Shown here piece by piece: positions 11,850 to 25,274 of a stretch of DNA of 57,780 nt (position 1 is the stretch's first letter; every line of letters starts with the position of its first letter). This stretch comes from Catajapyx aquilonaris. Its lineage: Eukaryota. The position numbers and the translations under genes are program-made. The notes under the pieces are model-generated. The model was not told where the DNA came from. It made no database searches and saw nothing but the letters and a program-made list of their open reading frames with translations. The stretch covers positions 1 through 57,780 of the forward strand of contig JYFJ02002398.1 of NCBI GenBank assembly GCA_000934665.2. Direction: 5' to 3'.

Positions 11850-12651
11850 TTAGCTGGACGATGTGTTTTTAAAAAGAGATTCCGCCAGTTTTGGCTCCAG
11901 TTGGAGATACTTGGCTATTCCGTCTTTCCAAGCCTGAGGATAGTTCTCCTGTATGTGTTCCGCAACTTTAGTACCGATGGCCACCAACTTCTCGTCTTTG
12001 CAGGCTGGACAATCCCCATCTAGTGCTTTCTTGATGCTCTCTGTATGAATTGATGAAAAATGTTGAAAATAATTAGGCTGATCTTTACTACGCGACGAAG
12101 TCTACACTCTTAACCATTTACCTTCTCTGGAGAGGGTAAGAAAGTAGCCATTTTTACCTTACATTGTAGGGTAAATATTCTTGGGTAAATTGATTCTAAG
12201 GTAAATTTTGCATGTATTACCTTAGAAAATAGAGGGTAAAAAAAGAGGCCCTTTTTACCCTCTATTTTCTAAGGTAATACATGCAAAATTTACCTTCGAA
12301 TCAATTTACCCAAGAATATTTACCCTACAATGTAAGGTAAAAAATGGCCACTTTCTTACCCTCTCTAGAGAAGGTAAATGGTTAAGAGTGTGGGCCTCCC
12401 GCCTCTTCGTCGAGTAGTAAAGATCAGCATATTTCCATAAATATTACATGAACCTACTTACGTGTAATGTACTTTCCCACAGGATCACATGGTCCATTGT
12501 ATACCACACACTTGATCTGCAACTCAACAAACCTCTTGTTGGACAGAAACGCGTCGATGTTGATGTTGTCCATACTGAATGGAAGACTGTCCTGCTGACC
12601 TGTTGACCAGCACACAACACCCAACAGAACCAGAAGAGTGATTCTTGCCAT
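11850..12651 (-). CDS. Chemosensory protein CSP-C (~126 aa)
   Basis: Exons 12651-12462 and 12040-11850. DNINIDAFLSNKR..CVVYNGPCDPVGKYIT | QSIKKALDGDCPAC...QENYPQAW. Confidence 0.92.
12077..12428. mobile_element. Fold-back/MITE (near-perfect hairpin ~12104-12391) inside a second inverted-repeat pair
   Basis: ACACTCTTAACCATTTACC...GGTAAATGGTTAAGAGTGT with arms of ~140 bp; outer pair GCTGATCTTTACTACGCGACGAAG / CTTCGTCGAGTAGTAAAGATCAGC. Confidence 0.85.
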
Positions 12652-13419
12652 CTTTCAAACTCAGAGACTGAGGAGATGATCCTGAGATCCTGATGCAAAG
12701 GATATTTATAGTGAGGATTTTGTACAAGGTAATATTTTTATGAGGTAATATGAATAAGAAATGAACTTCCTGTGTAGACATGAAAGGTCTGCGGAAGTTC
12801 CATTGCCAAGTTGTTTGGCAGTAAAAAGAGGAAGTAGACTTTAATTATTCCAGACATTGTGTAAATGTAAAGGGTAAAGATAATGTAAGGGTAAAGGGTA
12901 AATGGAAGTTGCTAGGAAGTAAACTGCACAAAAAAATATGTGCCAACTGTTCCAAGTGACTTACAGCCATCGTACCTAATGTCATATGTAGGCTACTCTA
13001 ATAATGGAATAATACAGAATGAGCAACCTGGATAACTACTTAGCCATGATCGTTTCATAGTACTGACCAAGGGCAATAATTATTCCAGCGTATCCAGGTC
13101 ATTCATTTCCACAAGCATGAGAATAAACAATTTTCCGTATCATATGGAGAAATATATTTAAACGTTACAGGCTAGCACGTGCCTTATCATGAAGCAATCA
13201 ACCTTTTCAGGTCACCCAAAAAACAGTTCCCACAGACAATCCACAAAACGCGAGAAAAACCACTGCAACAATGAAAGTAACACATCTATTTATTTTCTCT
13301 TCTGAAGGCCTCGGCGGATGCGAACACTTTTTATGTACAATAATTAAAAAGGTGACTATATTTTTAAACACCTTTTTGTTGATGGAAGATGTTGCGAATT
13401 GTGAGACGACGAAGGTTGT

Positions 13420-14520
13420 TTATACGCGCAGATTTGACGCTCTTTGCAGTCTTCGAAGGCCGTCCATCCATGCCTGAGGATACCGGAGTTGAATATGGGA
13501 CGCGATCTTCCTCATCTTCAGGATCTGTTCCGGGCTGCAACCTCCGCAGCGACCTCCCAAGATGACCTCGACGGCCATACCTGAATATTACATGGGGGGA
13601 GAAAAAAAAATTATAAATGAGCAAAAGATGGTCAGGGACGATGCAATTTCCGAGGTCAACGTGAGGAACTACTGGTTCGTAAAATTACGGGTTTACTGCC
13701 CCCAGAATATATGAATTTATTATTTAAAATATTAAGCGAGTCAACGGAAGCAGGTTGACATGGTGATCAAATTGCTACGGAAACATGTTGCCATGTCAAT
13801 CAAGTTGCTATGAAAACATGTTGACATGGTGATCAAATTGCTATGGAAACATGTTGGCATGGCAATCAAGTTGCTATGGAAACTTGTTGACATGGTGATC
13901 AAATTGCTATGGAAACATGTTGGCATGGCAATCAAGTTGCCATAAAACAGGTCATGGCAACCTGTTTCCATGTGTGGACTCTCTTATCATTTTTATTAAT
14001 AAATTAATATATGAAACAATTAAGCAAAAAATATCAATATAAATATATAAAGACAGGCTGCCATGTCAATCAAGTTGCTATGAACACAGGTGGCTATGGA
14101 AAGCAAGTTGCTATAAAACATGTCATGGCAATCGAATGACTATGAACACAGATCGTCATGGCAACCAAGTTGCTATGAAACATGGGATGACAATCAAGTT
14201 GCTATGGAAGCAGGTAGTCATGGCAACCAAACCTGGACCAAACAAACAAAATTTGCCTTGTATACTATAATTATGATTGTAATAAATTATGGAATAAAAA
14301 TATCGGATGTCTTACGTTTTAAAGTTTTTCCCACGTTGTCGCAAGGTCCGTCGTACACGAGGCAGTTGATTTGGAGTCGTACACGAGCATCGCTTTTCAA
14401 GTACTGGTCGACGTCGATGGCGTCTAAGGGCGTCTTGAACACTGAGACTTGCTGTTTGCACTGTCCAAGTCCCAGAAGGGTCAGAGCTAGGGCCAACACA
14501 CAGGTCAAAAATCGTGTCAT
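13420..14520 (-). CDS. Chemosensory protein CSP-D (~121 aa)
   Basis: Exons 14520-14316 and 13580-13420. DAIDVDQYL..QINCLVYDGPCDNVGKTLK | RMAVEVILGGRCGGCSPEQ...YPQAW. Confidence 0.92.
13745..14250. repeat. 33-bp minisatellite (CATGTTG.CATGG..ATCAA.TTGCTATGGAAA) in the CSP-D intron
   Basis: Tandem units visible at 13745-13970 and 14055-14250; ends in CCAAACCTGGACCAAACAAAC. Confidence 0.85.
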
Positions 14521-16583
14521 CCTTAAAAAGGGAAAGTATTTTGCTGTGGCCAGCGGTTTATATAGCTTCGTTCTCATATGAAGATGTGTGGAAACACACA
14601 TTTCCATACGATCATCATTTTGGATTTTGTACAGAATAATTTCAATGAGACGAATAGGCGGAACAGAAACTTTCATTTTTTATTTTGCCAACTGCACTGT
14701 TAAGTAACGAGAAACTTGGTAACGAAACGGAGAAAGTGTACGCGCATATTTATTCCAAGTAGCGGGATTTTTTTCTTCTTCCTTTGACAGAATGCTTTAC
14801 AATGATGAACGTCTTAATTGAAGAGTGAAGCGATAATTACCTTGGAAATTGGGTATGAGTCATTCAAATTATATAAAATAATATTAGCTGAATTTTCCTC
14901 GTTTCATTAACTCATCAGTTTTGGATAGAATTTTTGCGGATAATATTTTAATGAAAAGTGGAATGTAGAACAAGAGGTCAAGACTATACTTCATGACCTT
15001 CTGTTTAATTTTCCTCTCTCTACATACTACATTTACCGAAGCAGTTGCAAGAACTATCTCAGAGAGCAGCACTAGTCATGGGCAACAACAAATCTCCATC
15101 TTCAATTCAAACTATGAACTAACTCTATAGGTTTGTCTTATTGTTGCCATATAACCACATTATGAATTGTGGGCATCTCGCTTAATTGGTGGTGTTAATT
15201 ATTTTAAGAAAGCCTGGCAAAACCTGAGCACGAACTAGCGATTCTGGTTTTTTTAAAAATTTCATTGAACATCGACCTCTAAGATCCGGTTGTAAAAATT
15301 ATATCCTGCGGAAAATATTTGCATGCACGACTTATTAAATGAGGACAATAGGGCTAAAGTGGATTAATTTTGAAATAAAAATTTAATACTGCACCTAGGA
15401 TGATACAATGGGGATGGATGTTCTTGGATTGATTACCTCAGCAACCAGCTTGCCACAATCGTTTGCTTCTTAAGTAGTTGCTGGGTTCAATAATAATATT
15501 CATATGGACCTGCGGAGATACTGAAAAATTCGCCACCCTGTACAATACATTCGAATTTAAAATTAAGAGGAATGCATTTGAATATAATCATTATAATAAT
15601 ATAATGAAATATCTAAAAAATATATATATTTCTATACTTGTACATCACGTTCAGCAAATTAGAAGACGGGATTAGTCAAATGGGTTTGAAAGCAACTATA
15701 ATTCGAAAAATTAAAACATCATAATTAATATTAAATGAATTTGAAAAATTATACTTAAAATATCCCCCCCCCCTCACAAATCCCTATCCTGACCCCTGCA
15801 CCGGAGAGAAAAACGCGAAGAATATTTCGTAAGAAAAAAAGGTGGTAGTCCACCCCCCCCCCCCCCCTAAAAGGGCTCGATGATCCCTCTAATTGGGTAA
15901 AGCTTAAAAATGTAAAAAAATTACATTTGAAATAATATTTACTATTTTTCAGGTATTGATGTCAAGGTGCGCCCTATACCTGCACAATATTAGACTTGAA
16001 ATTAGAGGAATATATTTAAATATTATTATAGTAAAATAATAATTTTTGTCTCCTTAACATAGATATTCAGCAATCAGTAATAGGCTTGAAAACAACCATA
16101 ATTATAATTAAAAATGCACAGCCCTATTTTTGTATTATTATATTAAATTATTGGTATATGTCAGGTATTGATGTCAAGGTGCACCTTATAAGTATAAATT
16201 AATCAAAAAAATTTCCATCACCTTGCACCCCACAACAACATTGCTGAAGATGTGGCAACACAATGAAGTGTGTCCTTGACAGAGCTTCATCTTCGAAACA
16301 TGCAACTCATAAGGGAAGAACCAAAAAAAATATATATGCACGTAAAAATAATGACGGTTTCTCAAGGATGCCAACACGAGCCCCTCTTTTGCGCAATTGG
16401 TTGCATCCTTCGAAGCGATATAATTGCATGAACAGCAAATAAACTTGACACGTACGTACAAAAGTTACGTAAACAACATATTTTTTTATTATTATTCATT
16501 TTCACACATGTCAAAAAAATGGGTGGGCAGCAAAAGATTTCTTAAAATGACGAGATTTTTTTTTTTCCGTTGGTTCCTGTAGT

Positions 16584-18077
16584 TTAGAGGGCCTCCAACT
16601 CTGGTGGTTCCTCTCCGTCGTTGAACTTTTCGATCAGCTTCTTGTATCGGTCAGGATGATTGTACTTGATGCTCTTGGCCATCTTGATCATCTTGCCTCG
16701 TTGCTGGGAAGTGCAGCTCTCGCATTGGTCCACCAGCATGTATGGGATGATGTCTAGAGAAGATTTTTAAAAAATGCACATTAGTGACGCTCAGTTAGCA
16801 CTTAGTGAGAAGTAGGCCTACTTAGTGAGTTAGTACGAGTAATAACACTGTGCACATTAGCGTTTGCTAAAAATGGACAGATGTCAATGAGTGGAATTTT
16901 CGTCGTACTACTAGTTTCGGTACTTCTAACTTAGCAGTACCAGTGTAGTCCAATGGTACTGCTAAGTTAGCAGTAACTAGTAGCACTACGAAAATTCCAC
17001 CCCAAATCTTAGAAATTAATAAATACTGGTGAAGCAATATCGTTAATAATGTTAGCGCTGACAGTTACTAAAGCCTAGTGACGCTCACTAACTCTTGCTA
17101 TATATTTAATGGCACTTAGCAATGTTTATTAGTGCTTTATGATGCATATAGTGAAGCTTAATGCAATCGTGCTTACTAACACTCTAGTCTAGTACAGATT
17201 GGCATATTTTAATAAAACTTAGTAGCGCTTCATAGTGCTTTAGGTCACTTAGACACAACTAATATTAATATAGCCAAATTACTTGTCCAGCTTACACTTA
17301 TAGTGAAGCTTAGCAGACTTTACTAGCACTTAGTGAAACTAGTAGACGTCACTAGCACTAAGTAAAGCTTAGCAGACTTTACTAGCACTTAGTGAAACTA
17401 GTAGACGTCACTAGCACTAAGTAAAGCTTAGCAGACTTTACTAGCACTTAGTGAAGCTTAGTAGATGTAACTAGCACTTAGTGAATGTTAGTTGCCGTCA
17501 TTAGTGTTTAGTGAAGCTCAGCAGACTTCACTAAGCACTAGTGACGTCTCCTAAGCTTCATTAAACACTAGTGAAGTCTGCTGAGCTTCACTAAACACTA
17601 GTGAAGTCTACTAAACTTCACTAGGGAAGTTTACAAAGCTAAGTTAGGTAAGCCCACTATTTTCCTAATGCTATTATCAATATATTTCTCTAATTATTGA
17701 CACAAAAGTGTCTCTCTGCCCCAAGATGGCCGCCACATTACGCCATCGCCATCTTTGGTATACTCACACTTGAGTCGCTTTCCGACAGCGTCGCAAGGGG
17801 CGTTGGGGGTGCCCAACACGCAGTCAATGTGGGCAGCTACCACCCTGGTCCTCTTAAGCAGATCCTCAACATTGATGCTGTCCAGATGACGCAAATCCTC
17901 CTGGATCTTATCCCTGGTGGCGTCGTCGATTTCCTGGTCCTCTAGAGCCACAGGCTCCTTGTCAATCTCTTCGTTGAGGTTGAACGTCGGTGGAGGAGGA
18001 TCGTCATCGACAGGCCTCGACAACACCACCGACGCCTGTAGGAAGACCACAGCTGCCAGAACCCAAAGTAACTTCAT
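16584..18077 (-). CDS. Chemosensory protein CSP-E (~159 aa, acidic N-terminal extension)
   Basis: Exons 18077-17768 and 16753-16584. LDSINVEDLL..CVLGTPNAPCDAVGKRLK | YIIPYMLVDQCESCTSQQR...FNDGEEPPELEAL*. Confidence 0.92.
16891..17000. mobile_element. Short hairpin MITE-like element
   Basis: GTGGAATTTTCGT.GTACTACTAGTT...CTAACTTAGCAGTACC / GGTACTGCTAAGTTAG...AACTAGTAGCACTACGAAAATTCCAC. Confidence 0.65.
17300..17640. repeat. ~30/61-bp tandem repeat with inverted terminal copies in the CSP-E intron
   Basis: AGTGAAGCTTAGCAGACTTTACTAGCACTT units; inverted copies after ~17530. Confidence 0.8.
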
Positions 18078-18532
18078 GGTCGATGCTTGCCTTGGCTCTG
18101 AAGACACTCCCAGGCTGCACTGCCGCTTTTATATTCTGAGCCCCCATGGTACAACGAGTCACATGACCTCGGTGATGCCTGCCGGGGTTTTACCCAACTG
18201 AAGATGGTTGTGACGCGCAAGAAAATTTGTAGCATACACTTAGCTTGTTTTTTGGAATGAGATGGGGGGTGAGGAGGGGTGGAGGGAGGAGGGTTCGAGA
18301 ATTTTCCAATGCAATGACTCAGGGTCATCAACTTGTCGATGTAGCTTATTTGCGTACGTAGGCATGTATTGCGTGTGGGTAACAATAAGGTGGGTTTCGT
18401 CTTAAGTGAGGTGGTCCTATTGTTGTGAAGTATTTTTGGAGCAGTTTTGTGTGGCTAACAACGTTGTCAGACTTGATGGTTGGATATGGTTATGTAATGC
18501 AGATTATAAATTAAATCATACAAAATAATAAT

Positions 18533-18737
18533 TATAAGGTAATATAAGGTAAATATAAGGTAATATAAGGTAAATATAAGGTAATATAAGGTAAATATAA
18601 GGTAAATTAGGCCTGGTAAAATTATTTTACCAGACCTAATTTACCTTATATTTACCTTATATTATGGTACCTTATATTTACCTTATATTATGGTACCTTA
18701 TATTTACCTTATATTTACCTTATATTTACCCTATATT
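18533..18737. repeat. Palindromic minisatellite (ATAAGGTAAAT)n / (ATTTACCTTAT)n
   Basis: Tandem units invert around the centre AGGCCTGGTAAAATTATTTTACCAGACCT at ~18610-18638. Confidence 0.8.
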
Positions 18738-20641
18738 AAAAATTATTTTAAACAATATTTTGTTGGCATTTGCATAACGTAACACCAGTAGTGACGCAAA
18801 CGACACTAATTTACAGCACATTTGCACGTACAGCCGTAAATTAAAACCTACTAACATACGTCACATGTACAGATGATACTTCCTTCATTTCGTAAAAAAA
18901 ATTAATTGTCAGCATTGAAGAAAAAAAAAAGATGAGATAGGAATGACCTTTTCCAAAAACTTTCCAACCGGGGTCGTGAGAAAAGAAGCATTCATAATAA
19001 TAATAATAATGACACTCCAAAAAAACCATGTTTTTTGTTTCAGTTCAGTGCCAAAACACAATGGATACTTTGTCCTCAAAAAATACACATGCTTTTCATA
19101 TATTCCTGTTTTGCATAACTTAAATCTCTCTCTGTTTTTTTTATTTAAAAAAACAGAATCACTTTCATAGGATGCTGTGTTATTAAAGTGACGTAATTTT
19201 TCCCATTGACGTACAGTAGCAATAAGAAATTTTCGTATCATTTCATGCCTTTGATTTTCAAGGTAAATAGAGGGTTACGATTTCTTAGAAGTCAAGCCAC
19301 GTACGTACCTGTAAGTAGCACCTTTTTTTGCATCCTCGTGATGTTTACCAAATCGTAAGCATAAAAAATATTGCTTCAGGGCATAATTAATAATTCAGAG
19401 GATGGGGGCTTCTAAGAAAAGATTAGTTTGCCAACTCACATGTTTAATTAGAGCAATATATTATTGGAGGCTAAGGTACTCTAGGAGACCTTTTTTCACC
19501 TTGTTGGATTTAACAATTTGGCCACTTTTTATGGACGTTCACCTTGACCACTGGATTATTTTTGTGGGTGTGTTTGAAGGACATGGCCAAGCCGGTTCAA
19601 AATATCGTCTAGACATAGCTGTCTGTGTGAAAATTTTATGCAAATTTAAATAAAATATTGCAAACTATTTTTATGCTTCGTCATTGAAATCTGCATAATG
19701 ATTTTGATATATTTTAAACATGAAGTTGAATCGTCTCATGAAGTCATATATGCATAATTCAAAACACAAATGTTATGATTGACAAATTTCGCAAGTGAAT
19801 GTTTAAATAATGTGTTATAAATATTACTTAAAAATAAGTGGTTTTTATTACAGTACAAGACAATGCAGCTGCTCATTACATATTTAATTTTTCAGATTAA
19901 TATTATGTTAAAATTAATATACAAACGTGTGATGTACATCGCACTTTCTTGTGTCCTATAGACGGAAATTACTAGACAAAATATTGGTTTAACCTTGGAA
20001 ACATTTCTATTGCCAGCCTGTTATCACACCATGAAAAAAACTAGGAAAAGCAAATTAGTTCTATAGAATCTTCAGCATTTGACGAGCTCTTGCGTATTTC
20101 CTTAAAAGTAGTGATTCATAGAGCATAGATCTGCAATGCAATAAACATGCGATTTTTCATATGACTGTGCAAAAGAAGGTGAATCATTCGGGGGGAGAAA
20201 CGCAGTTCATCTCTTGTGATTCCAAACAAGTGCAATCAAAATGTTGCGACACAAATATTCGTGACGCTCATCTTTATTGAGCATGTTTACAAAAGACATT
20301 GAGCAATAACAGACAATAAAGAACAACATATTATACGTATATACAGGATGACTCAGTGGGATCCTGTCAAAATTAATAACAGACACTCAAAATTAGTGAC
20401 AATCATTCTGGCGTATATAATGCTAGATTTGACATTTGGTTGAGCAGTAAATATTTTTGCAATTAAGCAAACTGTTAAAATTGAGCATAGATGGCAGTAT
20501 GGTGAGATTAAAATGTGACTGTCAGACAAGCAGCATGTTTTCATTATATGCCAATTACTATAATAGAGCTTTTCTTTCACTAACCAATATTAACAAAATC
20601 GCAATTACTACAACTATTGTAACTTCCCACTGTAATGTCAC

Positions 20642-22532
20642 CTAAAATGCTTCCAACTCAATGGGTTCTACTCCACCTTCGTACTTGTCCAGCAATTGCT
20701 TGTACCTATGGGGCAGTTGATGCTTGACCACCAAGATGCCCTTATACAAATCTCCTCTATTTTCAGAAGTGCAGGATTCGCATCTGTCCTCTTGCAAAAA
20801 GTCAATTATTCCTGCAAAAAAATAATTCAAAATAAAATATGACATTTCAACTTCTCCATAAAAAAAATCATTGACCTTTGACCCCTTCTCCTATTTCATC
20901 ACATGGTCCATCATCCACTGCACATGCGACCCTATGTTCCACCAATGTTAAGTTCTTGACATCTACGTCGAAGTTGATGCTATTGAGAAGTGCTAGGGCT
21001 TTCTTGTTAGCTTCGGATAGTTCTTTTGGTTCATCGTCATAGTCTTCGTAATCGTCATACTCTCCTTCTCCTGCTTCTTCCGCTTCTTCGACTATATTAT
21101 GTATTCATTGTCACATTATGTGTTACCAGATTTTATGAAGTTGTGTAATTTGGATCATGGCACTCACCTTTCTTAGTTGTGACCTCCGGCTTTTTAGTGG
21201 TGACCTCCGCTTTCTTGGTAGTAGTTTCCTTGACATCGGCCTTTCTGCTGGTGTCTTCTGTCACTCTCTGTAGCGGCGTATCATCCAAAGCCTGAGGAAA
21301 CTGCAAGAATAAAAAAGGTTCACAAGTGTGAACAAAACAGTGGCCTTTTGTCCAAAAATATCATTTTTTATTTTTAAAAAAAGTCACGCGATTATATAAA
21401 AATTGGTAGGGTACAAAAGTAGGTCTCTTTGATCGCACTTTCAGATTATGCTGCTCACAACCCTTGACCCACCTTTGTCTGTGCGTGTTACTGTACCATA
21501 ATTTTCGAGAGGAGCATGCCTGCACACACAAATTAACGCCTCTTGACACTATAGCTCGTGATAATATTTATTATTAAATAAAGATGTATTAAAAATATTT
21601 TTTTGAATATAGGTGACACAATAATGTCTTTTATGGCTTATTGTCACGCACTAAATTATTGAAATCTCACTTTTTCTTAGAAGACAACATTACGTTGAAT
21701 GAATTAAAGTTTCCTGAAACATTACGTAATGTTACTTAATGAGAACGGCTGTATTATGCAATGTGACTACCTGTTATCGATTCAGATTGCACAACAACAT
21801 AATCAAACCTTCACAAAATATTTGGCAAGTTCACACATGAACAATAATTTTATGTAGGCTACTATTATCAAGTTAGTGAACTGCATCAGTTAACTACAGT
21901 GTGTATGAAATATTTAAATTTAATAAACAGTCATAAACGTAAATGTACAATGGGCCTACTATAACACAAATTGTAATCATATAAAATTTAATAATGAGTA
22001 CCTTCTGATGCTATACAATGCATCAAAATGTTCAATCTCATAAAACTATTTGACAATGCGATAATTTTTTTTCATCAAATCCCCCACCTTTTTAAGTACC
22101 TTTACAGTCACCTAAACCAGTGAGAGCAAGATCTGTCCAACGTCATGACCAGATTCTCAGAATAATAACCTCCCAATCACATTTGCATACAAACTAGTTC
22201 AGTGGGCTTAATCATTTCTGAGAACTGACCGGTCAACTTGGGGTTTTTACATACGTACTCAACAAAAAAATAGTGTATGTATACTTCACCTGGAAATTAG
22301 GGCTGAATATGACTCCTTTCATATCTCCAAACTGGTCCTTAAATTGCGATGCTGGCATGAACTCTATTCTGGATGCTGTGACCACTATGACCTTTTGCTC
22401 TTCAACTGCTCTTCCAGTAGCAGGATCAATCACCCTTGGTCTCAGATAATAATGGAATGGACATGCGCCAAAAGCAAGTCCTAACCACAAACCTAAAACA
22501 AGCGAGGAGATGGCCCTAGACATGGCTGCCAT
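20642..22532 (-). CDS. Chimeric 4-exon CSP-F (~253 aa): signal peptide, unrecognised region, Thr/Lys linker, acidic tract, CSP domain
   Basis: Exons 22532-22290 (phase 0), 21300-21168 (phase 1), 21091-20876 (phase 1) and 20811-20642; all GT..AG, frame open throughout. CSP domain NSINFD..VACAVDDGPCDEIGEGVK | GIIDFLQEDRCESC...YEGGVEPIELEAF*. Joining exon 1 is an inference. Confidence 0.78.
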
Positions 22533-22879
22533 TTAACCCAACTAAAGCCTTCTGTAGTCTCCTTTCAACTGCTTGGTAATTGTATATTCGAAGGTCCTCC
22601 AATCATGTTTTTCTTTCTGCAAAAAAATATTCATATTTTAGGCCAAATTCTGAATTGTTTTTAACATGTGGACTTAGGCCTAGTTGGATATCCAATATGG
22701 CGGATGGACTGGGTTGTAGTTATTAAAATTAAAATGGTTTTTTTTAAAAATAATTTTTATTTGTGACGTAGCTACACTTCGAAGGCCACTTGCGTAACAG
22801 TGGATTATATGGAGGACGTCCTTGGTTTTTGCAGAATTGAGTTGATGCGAAATCAGGATATATAAAATGGCGGCAATTA

Positions 22880-24171
22880 TCAGAGAGCTTCAAGGGCTGG
22901 AGGTTCCACACCGGATAAATATTTATCCAGAATCTTCTTGTATTCTTGAGGAAATTCTTTTTTCACCCTTTTGGCCAACTTGATGAACTTGCCCCTCTGA
23001 ACTCGGGTACAGAACTTGCACTCTTCTTGTAACATCCGGCCCATGATGGCTGTAACGTACAAAAAAAATTGTACATATATTTTTTGTCAAAGTGTAATTG
23101 TGCAAATTGGGGTGATGTGCGCAGGTGATCCGAATTGTGTGTCATTATCACCCTGTTAGGTCATGTGTGTTGCTGACGTGAATGGAAATGGGTAATGAGT
23201 GTTTTTATTACACTTTTTTTGTTCGGGAGAGAATATCAATGATTTCCGTAACAATTTAAAAAAAATGACAATGCAAAAAAATACTTGTGGTGTCATTGAT
23301 GTGGTAAGAGGAATCCATGTACGTAAACCGTCAAACTGTAATTTCTATGGCAGGTGCTTTCAGATTGTTGGTTTTATAACCATCTTTCTTTGTTTCTGGT
23401 GCAATATTGCGTAATATCTATTAGAAAAATATGTATTACAATATTTTAGATTCATCTAGAAACCAGTCATACACAGTTGAATGTATATGGTCAGTAAGAT
23501 TCAATATTTTGGTTCGAACAAATACATTTTAATATAATTTCAACTCACATTTGTTATAGCCTGTTGAATCAACACGAAATATGAAAATTTTTTATTAGCA
23601 TAAAAATATTTTTGCAAATTTGAACTTTTCGTTTGAATGAAACTGAGCCTTATTGAGATTCCGTACTGAAATTTTTGTAACGAGCAGAATTTTTTGATTC
23701 ACAATTCACACCTTTACGAGTAAGTTCATTTAATTTTTTATTAATTTGGGTGAAAATGCATTCTTGTAATATTTTCCTTATACAGTACTTTTTGATAAAG
23801 TCAAGAGATGCGACTGGTTTTGAAGGCCATGTTAGATCCTTGTCCTTGCGATTCTAATCCGGTTTCTATCTTTTTTTTCTAAATTTCACACCATGCACCT
23901 AAATCCCCCTGCCAGGAATACGACTTCTCTCATCCGAATCCTTACTTGCAACAGCCGCGGCAGTCTTATCCTCGCAACTATCGTCCTTCAAAACGCATTC
24001 GACTTGAAACTTGAGTTCCTCTTCCTTCAGAGCTAGAGGATCGTATGAATCCAGATGAACCAACGAATCTTTTTCTTCCTGAGTAAGATGACTAGCTGGA
24101 TCCTTGGCTGATGTGCACACCGACACCAGCGCACACAAAGCAATAGGCAACAACCATCCGGAGAGCCTCAT
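22880..24171 (-). CDS. Chemosensory protein CSP-G (~131 aa)
   Basis: Exons 24171-23946 and 23049-22880. FQVECVLKDDSCEDKTAAAVA | TIMGRMLQEECKFC...YLSGVEPPALEAL*. Confidence 0.88.
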
Positions 24172-24455
24172 TCTCGACCACTTACGTCTCAGCTTGAACT
24201 CAATAAACTTTCTAATGGACCTGTATTTATACAAGAAAACACCCTACTTTTCGTGTATGCCCATCTAAATATTTTTTTTTGTAACATTCGAGACGACAAT
24301 CATGGAAATGATTTATGTCCTTGGATAATCGAGCAAGGAGAACTAGGGAGAGTGAAAGGAAATTGAGACACTGCATAATGTTAATACTGCTTCAGCCCAT
24401 TTATTTTGTCAGTTAGTAATACTGGCACGTGTGACTTTTGTTTAGTTGATTTTTT

Positions 24456-25274
24456 TTACAAGGCTTCCAGTTCAGGTGGCTCAACACCGTCGTTAAACTT
24501 CTGGAGAAGCTGTAGGTACAGGTCACGCATCTCATACTTGATGGTCTTCGTCAGCTTGATCAACTTTCCACGCTGCTTGGAGGTGCAGCTGCGACATTCA
24601 TCCTCAATTGCCAGATCCATCAAAACTGAAAGAACAAACAAATAATTGTAATACACATCAAGTATACAGGATATGTCGTGTTGTGGCAACAGGTCAAAGT
24701 AGGCCTAGCTCCAATGTGCTAACCCTTGGTAATCTATGAGAGCTCGTCTTGTTTAAAAACATTAATTGTAACGCGCTCTATCTGTACAACCAAAAGGTAC
24801 CAAATTTGCCCCCTTTTTGACGACAGGTCAAGGTGTTGCTATTTGACCCCATTAGGCCTAGCTCTGGTGCTAACTGTAGTTCGTTTCTGACATCGCCTTT
24901 TGTTTAAAAACAGCGTAATTGTAATGTCCTGTCTCTGTACAACCCGAAGGTGCAAATTTGATCCCTTTTTTGATAACAAGTCAAGATATTGCCATTTGAC
25001 CCCACAAGGCCTAGCTTCTGTACTCACCCTTGATGCTCTTTGAGACCTCATCGTCTTCGCAGGGGTGATCATCTTCCTCCAAGAAGCATTGGGCATGCTT
25101 TCTGATGGCCTCTTTGTCCTTGATCAGTTCGTTGATATCCAGGCCATCCAAATAATCAGCCGCTTTCTGCTGCTCTTCGGTCAGCTTGACCCGGACCCTA
25201 TTTCTTCTCTGAGGGGCAGCCACGGCCAACCCAACCAGTACCACCAACCCCAGAATAAGCACAGCCTTCATCAT
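24456..25274 (-). CDS. Chemosensory protein CSP-H (~138 aa)
   Basis: Exons 25274-25028 and 24625-24456. LDGLDINELIKD..CFLEEDDHPC.. | VLMDLAIEDECRSC...FNDGVEPPELEAL*. Confidence 0.9.

Noticed and set aside
13741..13971. Repetitive 76-aa ORF or CRISPR-like array
   Set aside because: A 33-bp minisatellite with no unique spacers, in a eukaryotic intron, with no cas genes.
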